A stretch of DNA of 64,000 nucleotides from a virus. The translations under genes and the position numbers were made by a program. How positions within the stretch are numbered: position 1 is the stretch's first letter; each line of letters starts with the position of its first letter. Positions 58,311 to 64,000 of the stretch are shown piece by piece. Location: the IMG/VR virus record IMGVR_UViG_3300006046_000001, positions 1-64,000 of that record; one strand, written 5' to 3'. The notes below the pieces were generated by a model, which was not told the origin of the DNA, made no database searches, and was given only the letters and a program-made list of their open reading frames with translations.

Positions 58311-59258
58311 ATGAACCTCTATCTCGCTTGCAGCGGTATGATGTTTCATACCTACAGGGATGATTTATTCCCTCGCTTCTGTGTGCCTGAGCCTAGGTTT
58401 GCTGAACTGCGCTCCTACTTCGAGAACAACATTCGGACGTTCAACGGCCATACTCTGCCTAAGTTTGGCAATCCGTTCTTCATAGACTCAGGAGCCTTTT
58501 CTGCTTATATGCAGAAGATTCCTATCTCTTTTGAAGAGTACTCTAGCTTCCTCCTGGCTTACGGAGATCAAGCAGATCTGTACTGCGGTCTTGATGCTAT
58601 CCCAGAGGGACCAACTAAGGAAGCTAAGAAGAAGTCTGCCGAAGAGACGTGGCAGAACCAACTCAAGATGGAAGCAATGGGACTCAAGCCTGTTCCTGTG
58701 TTTCACTCTGGTGAACCCTGGCAGTACCTAGAGAGATACATTGATAGGAATGAATACATCTGCATTGGTGGTTTGGTCAACACACCAGATGTAGTAGATG
58801 GGTTCTTACACACTTGCTGGAGTAAGTACCTTACAGACAGCAAGGGTGATCCAATTCGCAAGGTGCACGGCTTCGGTATGACCACGCTGAAGCACTTGGT
58901 TGCGTACCCTTGGGCTAGTGTTGACAGTTCAACTTGGCTTGTACACTCCAAGTATGGAATCATTTCTGTACCTCCAAAGAAACCGGACGGTGCTGGCTTC
59001 GACTACAGAAAGAAGCCTATCCTTCTGTCAGTGTCAGACGAAAGCTCTTTCAAGACAGAAGAAGGAAAGCACATTGACAACCTAACTCCTATCCAGAAAG
59101 ATGCGGTAGCAGAGTTCGTTGAACAGTTTGGTCTCACAATGTGGGATCTCAGAAGAGAGCCAGTGCCGAGAATGATTATCAACTTCGAGTATTGGCTCAA
59201 TGTGGAAAAGGCGTGCAGCGATTACTTGAGAAAGCCTGAGCAATATGAAATCTTCTAG
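58311..59258 (+). CDS. dpdA: DpdA-like DNA-guanine transglycosylase (TGT superfamily)
   Basis: FFIDSGAFSAY resembles the TGT DSGGFQ catalytic motif. PVFHSGEPW...YICIGGLV and HGFGMT...ASVDSSTWL resemble TGT barrel motifs. Last gene of the que operon. Confidence 0.65.
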   Translation: MNLYLACSGMMFHTYRDDLFPRFCVPEPRFAELRSYFENNIRTFNGHTLPKFGNPFFIDSGAFSAYMQKIPISFEEYSSFLLAYGDQADLYCGLDAIPEGPTKEAKKKSAEETWQNQLKMEAMGLKPVPVFHSGEPWQYLERYIDRNEYICIGGLVNTPDVVDGFLHTCWSKYLTDSKGDPIRKVHGFGMTTLKHLVAYPWASVDSSTWLVHSKYGIISVPPKKPDGAGFDYRKKPILLSVSDESSFKTEEGKHIDNLTPIQKDAVAEFVEQFGLTMWDLRREPVPRMIINFEYWLNVEKACSDYLRKPEQYEIF

Positions 59259-59736
59259 CGCCCCGGGAAAGAAACGAACTACCCTTGCTAGCCAGACCAA
59301 ACACATCATTAAGCTCTTGATGCTCTGGCCTGACTGCCCTACGTTCTCTATTGAGCAGTACGTAGAAGATACGCTCAAGACGACTTGCAGCAGAGTCTGT
59401 ATCCAAGATGCTAAGCTCGCTCTGGGAATCAAAGAGCCGGCTTACACTCCAAAGACAATGGAGAAGAGAATCTTCGTTGGCAGAATTACGATGGTCATCG
59501 TCAAAGACTATCCTGCCCTTACTGAACGAGAGATCATTAGCCGAGTTGGCCGCTACTTGAAAGAAGCGTACAATGAACTCACTAACCATCGTTTGGTTAC
59601 TGTATGGGTTAAAGAGAAGCTAAGCTGGCTCAAAGATATCAGAAGCCCTCTTGACGATCTAGCTGAGCAAGCACGTTCACAACTCAAAGAGTCCGGCATC
59701 TTAGAGAAGGCAAGTAGACAGCTGGAGATCATATGA
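59245..59736 (+). CDS. hypothetical protein
   Basis: 163-aa ORF. No family recognised. Confidence 0.5.
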   Translation: MKSSSAPGKKRTTLASQTKHIIKLLMLWPDCPTFSIEQYVEDTLKTTCSRVCIQDAKLALGIKEPAYTPKTMEKRIFVGRITMVIVKDYPALTEREIISRVGRYLKEAYNELTNHRLVTVWVKEKLSWLKDIRSPLDDLAEQARSQLKESGILEKASRQLEII

Positions 59737-59951
59737 AAGTCAGAAGAAAGATCGTTATTGAATATGAGACAGATGATCAAGTAAGTCAGGACGACGAAGC
59801 CGAGTGTTTCCGTTCTGATCCTACACTTGTTCTAGATTTAATTACCAACAATCGGAAAACCCTAGACCTGAGAGTCGAGCATGTCGAAGTTTGTAATCCA
59901 GAAGAGGGAACTGCTGGACGTCCTGGACAGAGTGAGGTCGACCGTCAGTAA
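59733..59951 (+). CDS. small acidic hypothetical protein
   Basis: 72-aa ORF with ATGA overlap upstream. It overlaps the clamp gene by 71 nt, so it is uncertain. Confidence 0.35.
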   Translation: MKVRRKIVIEYETDDQVSQDDEAECFRSDPTLVLDLITNNRKTLDLRVEHVEVCNPEEGTAGRPGQSEVDRQ

Positions 59952-60924
59952 CTCTGGACTGGTGCAGATCCTTCAATGCTTCTGCTTTCGGAAAGGGTTT
60001 GTCTCGACTTTCAATGGGCAGGCAGGAACTATTACTGCCTTAGAACTTGGCGGCATGGACTTCTGTATTGCCGAAGACAAGTTCTATCGGCTGGTCTCTG
60101 CAATGCCAGAGACCATCCAACTTAGCCTTGGAGAGAATGGCAAGCTTACTGTTAAGAGCGGCTCTAATAAGACCGACCTTAACACGATTGCCACCAGAGC
60201 CTTTCCAGACTTCTTGCCCAAAGAGATCTTGCAGTACTCTTTCGCTCCCAATTTCATTGAGGGACTAAAGAGGGTAGCATTCTCAATCAGCAGTAATGCA
60301 ACCAAAGCAAACTTGATGGGTGCTGGAGTCAATGGCAGTCACATCTACTCGGCTGACGGGCTAAGGATCTCGCGGTTCAAGATTGCAGCACCTGTGCCCT
60401 GTCCCTTGACCATTCCTGCTGATGCAGTGAACCATCTGATCAAGTTGGGCCAGCCAGAACAGTTGTTTCACACCAAGAGTCAGATTGGTGCTTGGTATCC
60501 TAACCACAGAACCCACTATGTGGTAGCTTGCATTGCTCATGAGTTCCCTTACGCTGCGGCAGATCACGCCTATCAGAAGATTGCTGGTAACATCGCAGCC
60601 GACTTCCCACCAGAGTTTTCTTATGCCCTGCAGAGAGTAGCTTTGCTGTGCGCCGAAGAGAGTTCGGAAGTCCTCATAGAAAACACAAATGACGGCTTGA
60701 TTATCTCAACTGCTTCTGAAGAGGGAAGTGGTAGAGAAGTTCTAGGCTGGGCTTACAAAGAGCCGTTCAAGTTTGCTGCTAACCCAAAACTTCTAAGACA
60801 AGCGTTTGAGAGCAGCAATAAAGTGGATCTAACAAACGTCGTCAAGGGCGATAAGCGAATGCTGCTCTTTAAGAGCGACGATGGTTTTGAACATCTGTTG
60901 GCTCTAATGAGCATGAAAGAATAA
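59881..60924 (+). CDS. dnaN: DNA polymerase sliding clamp (DnaN-like beta subunit)
   Basis: The N-terminal MSKFVIQKRELLDVLDRVRSTVSNSGLVQILQCFCF... follows the DnaN pattern. 347 aa, adjacent to the polymerase. Confidence 0.6.
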   Translation: MSKFVIQKRELLDVLDRVRSTVSNSGLVQILQCFCFRKGFVSTFNGQAGTITALELGGMDFCIAEDKFYRLVSAMPETIQLSLGENGKLTVKSGSNKTDLNTIATRAFPDFLPKEILQYSFAPNFIEGLKRVAFSISSNATKANLMGAGVNGSHIYSADGLRISRFKIAAPVPCPLTIPADAVNHLIKLGQPEQLFHTKSQIGAWYPNHRTHYVVACIAHEFPYAAADHAYQKIAGNIAADFPPEFSYALQRVALLCAEESSEVLIENTNDGLIISTASEEGSGREVLGWAYKEPFKFAANPKLLRQAFESSNKVDLTNVVKGDKRMLLFKSDDGFEHLLALMSMKE

Positions 60925-63482
60925 TGCCACAGCTATCTATCTTCAATGTTGTGGATGGACAAGTTCTCGATCAGCGGTGCACAGCATGTGACCTATCTGA
61001 CAACGTGAACTTAAAAAGCAACTGCATGTCTGGCATTGGGCCTAAGCAAGCCCAGTTGATGTTTGTGGGCAAGGCACCAGGGAATGAGGATGATGGCATA
61101 GGCAAGCCGATGACCGGTGCCAATGGCCGGCTCTTCACCGAACTCTTAAGGGAAGCTGGTATCAACTTAGATACAGTGTATATTACCAACTGTGTTAAGT
61201 GTGCCACCTATAACAAAGAGCTTAAGACTAAGCACTTCACTGCTTGCAAGAACCATCTTCTCCAAGAGATAAGATCTGTTCAGCCCAAAGCTATTGTCGC
61301 TGTAGGAGCTGAAGCTCTTGAGTGGCTAACTGGTGAGACGGGTATCAAGAAGCTTCGCCGACACGGCCTACCATGTACTCTAGATCAACACCTCTTGGTC
61401 TTTCCGATTGGTCAGCCTGCACAGCTCTTTCATTCTCAGGGTAGTGCAAAGCAACGTCTCCGAGCAGAGATGATTGATGACTTGCTTTGGCTACGAAAGA
61501 GGATGGAAGAAGGAATGCTCACCAGACAGGATGAGCAAGAGACTGACTACAAGACAGCTAAGAATGTAGAAGAAGTCTTAGCCTTCTTGGCTGAGATAGC
61601 AGCAACGCCAGAGACCAGCTGGGTCACTTGGGACTTGGAAACTTCTAACAAGGAGTACTCTAAAGGCCAACTCTTTCCTACCAACGAAGGTTGGGTAACC
61701 TCAATCGGTTTCTCGCTTCGTCCAGGGCATGGTAGAGCTATACCTCTGTATGCTAAAGGTACGGTAAGTCTTTACTATTGGAAAGAGAAAGAGCTTGCAG
61801 TCATTCTGCCTGCTGTTGCTGCAGCTCTAAAGAAGCGAAGAAATGTCTGGCACAATGGCACACAGTTCGATCAGAAGTGGGTCAGCTGGACTTTTCCAGA
61901 GTGGGAGAATGAACAGCTTGACATAGCGTTTGACACCATCTATGCTCACTATCTGATTGATCCAAGCCATAAGGAATACCATCGCTTAGAGTCTCTGGCA
62001 AGACTCAACACGAAGATGTCTCCTTGGAAGTCTCTGTACAATGCTCAAGATACAGAAAAGCAATGCTACTACCTTTGCAGAGACGTTGATGCCGGCAATA
62101 GAATCATAGAGCCTTTGTGGAAGCAGCTGACTGAGAAGCAGCATTGGCTTCTACAGACGTTAGTGATTCCTCTTGGCCATGAACTCTGCAAGATGGAGCA
62201 GCACGGAGTCAAAGTAGATAGCGAAGGTCTTGACAACCTAGACAAACTGCTCGGAGAGAAGATTGAAGAGCACAAGAGAGCAGTCAAGACGTTCGACCAG
62301 ATCAAGGGTTTTAACCTTACTGAAAACAAAGAGTTTAACCCTGACTCAAACAGAGACCTCGCTTTGGCGATGGAGTATTACTTCAAGTTTCCAAAGCTAG
62401 AGTCAACAGGAAGTAATGCGTACAGCACTAATGCCAGAGTGCTTGAAGCGTACTCTTATGAGCCGTTTATTCAGCACGTCTTAGCTCTACGCCGGCTTGG
62501 CAAACTCCATGGTACCTACTGCAAGGGTATCAAAGAGAGACTCAGAGATGGAATCATTCACACGCAGTACAACATTCCTGGGACAGTGAATGGTCGGCTC
62601 TCGTCAGAAGATCCTAACTTACAGAACCTGCCGACTCCCAGAACAGCTGGTCGAGTCCTAGCTGATCCTAATTCAGTCAAGCAACTCTTTAGAGCTAGAG
62701 ATGGTTACGTTCTGATTGAAGAGGATCAAAGCCAGATCGAACTAAGAGTGCTGGCTTACAAGAGTGGTGATCCAGAGCTGTTGAAAGCGTACCGAGAAGA
62801 TAAGGACATCCACCGAAGTACGGCAGCAAGAGTCTACAGCATACCAGAAGAACAAGTCAATGCCTTCCAGAGAGATCTAGCCAAGCCTGTCAACTTTGGT
62901 ATCATCTATGGTAAGACACTTGAGTCCATAGGTGAAGATTTCATTCTAGCATTTACACTTGCTTGGAAAGCAGCAACACAGTTCCATGGCTGGTCTTTAG
63001 ATCAAGTCAAAGCTGCTGCTCTAAATGGTGCGAGAGAGTTCTGGAATGGGCATAAGATGGCCTACCCTCTCGTCTGGCAATACATGGATCTTCAAGAGAA
63101 GATCATTACCCAGCAAGGGTACCAAGAGACAAACTTCGGCAGGCGTAGATACTATGAGTACATCGACGCCGCAGCAATCCGAGAAGCCTACAACTTCCCA
63201 ATCCAATCAGAAGCTTCTGAGTACACTCTCTTTGGTATAGTGAACACTGCCAAAGCTCTTCGGTCTCTTGGACTGGATGCTTACCCACTACTGACTGTGC
63301 ATGACAGCATTGTCTTTGAGTGCCGGATAGATCACTTCTGGCAAGTGGTCGATGTGACCAAGTCGATCTTGGAGAGTCAGAAGTATCCCTGGCTAACTGT
63401 ACCTTTGAAGGTAGACATCAAAGTAGGCTACAACTGGGGTCGCATGAAGAAGGTCAATGCTCTCAAGAGGACTATTGGATGA
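60924..63482 (+). CDS. polA: family A DNA polymerase with N-terminal family-4 UDG-like domain and 3'-5' exonuclease
   Basis: UDG4-like: CTACDL...LMFVGKAPGNEDDGIGKPMTGANGRLF...VYITNCVKC. Exo: WDLETS, NGTQFD. Pol motifs: DQSQIELRVLA, RDLAKPVNFGIIYG, VHDSIVFE. Confidence 0.9.
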   Translation: MPQLSIFNVVDGQVLDQRCTACDLSDNVNLKSNCMSGIGPKQAQLMFVGKAPGNEDDGIGKPMTGANGRLFTELLREAGINLDTVYITNCVKCATYNKELKTKHFTACKNHLLQEIRSVQPKAIVAVGAEALEWLTGETGIKKLRRHGLPCTLDQHLLVFPIGQPAQLFHSQGSAKQRLRAEMIDDLLWLRKRMEEGMLTRQDEQETDYKTAKNVEEVLAFLAEIAATPETSWVTWDLETSNKEYSKGQLFPTNEGWVTSIGFSLRPGHGRAIPLYAKGTVSLYYWKEKELAVILPAVAAALKKRRNVWHNGTQFDQKWVSWTFPEWENEQLDIAFDTIYAHYLIDPSHKEYHRLESLARLNTKMSPWKSLYNAQDTEKQCYYLCRDVDAGNRIIEPLWKQLTEKQHWLLQTLVIPLGHELCKMEQHGVKVDSEGLDNLDKLLGEKIEEHKRAVKTFDQIKGFNLTENKEFNPDSNRDLALAMEYYFKFPKLESTGSNAYSTNARVLEAYSYEPFIQHVLALRRLGKLHGTYCKGIKERLRDGIIHTQYNIPGTVNGRLSSEDPNLQNLPTPRTAGRVLADPNSVKQLFRARDGYVLIEEDQSQIELRVLAYKSGDPELLKAYREDKDIHRSTAARVYSIPEEQVNAFQRDLAKPVNFGIIYGKTLESIGEDFILAFTLAWKAATQFHGWSLDQVKAAALNGAREFWNGHKMAYPLVWQYMDLQEKIITQQGYQETNFGRRRYYEYIDAAAIREAYNFPIQSEASEYTLFGIVNTAKALRSLGLDAYPLLTVHDSIVFECRIDHFWQVVDVTKSILESQKYPWLTVPLKVDIKVGYNWGRMKKVNALKRTIG

Positions 63483-64000
63483 GCGAGAGAATTACTACCA
63501 AGCAAATTGGTAACAGGATCTTAGAGCCTTGGATGTGGATTACAATCATTGTCTCTGCTACAAACTTTGAGAACTTGTTTGCTCTTCGCTGTCATCCTGC
63601 CACTGAGCCACACTTTCAGAACCTTGCTTACAAAGCAAGAACTGCTCTTGACAACTCAATTCCAAACAAACTAGAGTGGGGACAATGGCATCTTCCATTG
63701 ATCTATGAAGAAGACTTGCCACTAATCCCTGAAAACTTCCTACCCAATGTGTCTGCTGGAAGATGTGCAAGAGTCTCTTTTCTTACACATGAAGGTAAGA
63801 GAGATTGGGAAGCTGACAAGGAATTGTGTCAGAGGTTGACTTCTGCAGTCCCTTTGCATGCTTCTCCTCTGGAACACCCAGCTCAAGCTGTTAGACCTCC
63901 GGTAGGAAGGCACGTTCCGGTAAATGTAGGAGGAGTTCCAATTACTGATTGGGGAAACTTTGATCCAGGCTGGTTGCAGCTCAGGAAGATGTACAACAAC
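63479..64000 (+). CDS. hypothetical protein, possibly ThyX-like (partial, runs off right edge)
   Basis: ATGA overlap with the polA stop. Open for 174 codons to the window end. TNFENLFALRCHPATEPHFQNLAYKA and LHASPLEH weakly recall FAD-dependent thymidylate synthase motifs. Confidence 0.3.
   Translation, partial: MSERITTKQIGNRILEPWMWITIIVSATNFENLFALRCHPATEPHFQNLAYKARTALDNSIPNKLEWGQWHLPLIYEEDLPLIPENFLPNVSAGRCARVSFLTHEGKRDWEADKELCQRLTSAVPLHASPLEHPAQAVRPPVGRHVPVNVGGVPITDWGNFDPGWLQLRKMYNN

Noticed and set aside
1-64000. Prophage or integrative element boundaries, integrase, repressor
   Set aside because: No tyrosine or serine recombinase motifs, att-like flanking repeats or host genes were recognised. 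The window appears to be entirely phage DNA, so lifestyle cannot be called from it.

Overview
This 64-kb window reads as a contiguous stretch of a tailed dsDNA bacteriophage genome. It looks siphovirus-like: there is a tape-measure gene and a G/G-T chaperone frameshift, and no sheath gene was seen. Layout: (i) 1-1329, leftward small genes. (ii) 1330-2570, a ~1.2-kb repeat-rich non-coding region containing a 105-nt G-free polypyrimidine tract. (iii) 2571-3912, a short rightward gene pair separated by ~3.7 copies of a 44-bp tandem repeat. (iv) 4051-9486, a leftward early-type operon with many small ORFs, tRNA-Arg(TCT), an aberrant 93-nt tRNA-like gene, a very acidic protein, a MazG-like pyrophosphohydrolase, an HGPRT-like phosphoribosyltransferase and a DUF932-like protein. 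(v) A divergent control region with a 76-nt purine/pyrimidine hairpin. (vi) 9716-64000, one long rightward block. Its first part holds a sigma-like factor, terminase, a membrane-protein plus papain-like peptidase cassette, portal, scaffold and major capsid. Next come a beta-helix protein, a 1506-aa LamG fibre, head-tail connectors, a 985-aa GT4-methyltransferase-GT2 fusion, tail tube, chaperones, a 1398-aa tape measure and distal tail proteins. The block ends with replication genes: SF2 helicase, ATP ligase, DnaB-like helicase, primase, FEN, beta clamp and a UDG-PolA fusion. The replication module is interrupted by a 7-deazaguanine DNA-modification operon (QueD, QueE, two QueC paralogues, an OCD/mu-crystallin-like NAD enzyme, a DpdA-like transglycosylase). 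My best candidate for something undescribed is the non-canonical part of that operon, possibly linked to the MazG/HGPRT pair. Other items worth follow-up are the odd tRNA-like gene, the purine/pyrimidine structural elements in both divergent control regions, a four-copy intergenic motif together with two sigma-like genes, abrupt GC mosaicism, and a possible lysis cassette built around a C1 peptidase. All functional calls come from reading motifs by eye; no searches or folding programs were run. No integrase, repressor or canonical endolysin was recognised in the window.
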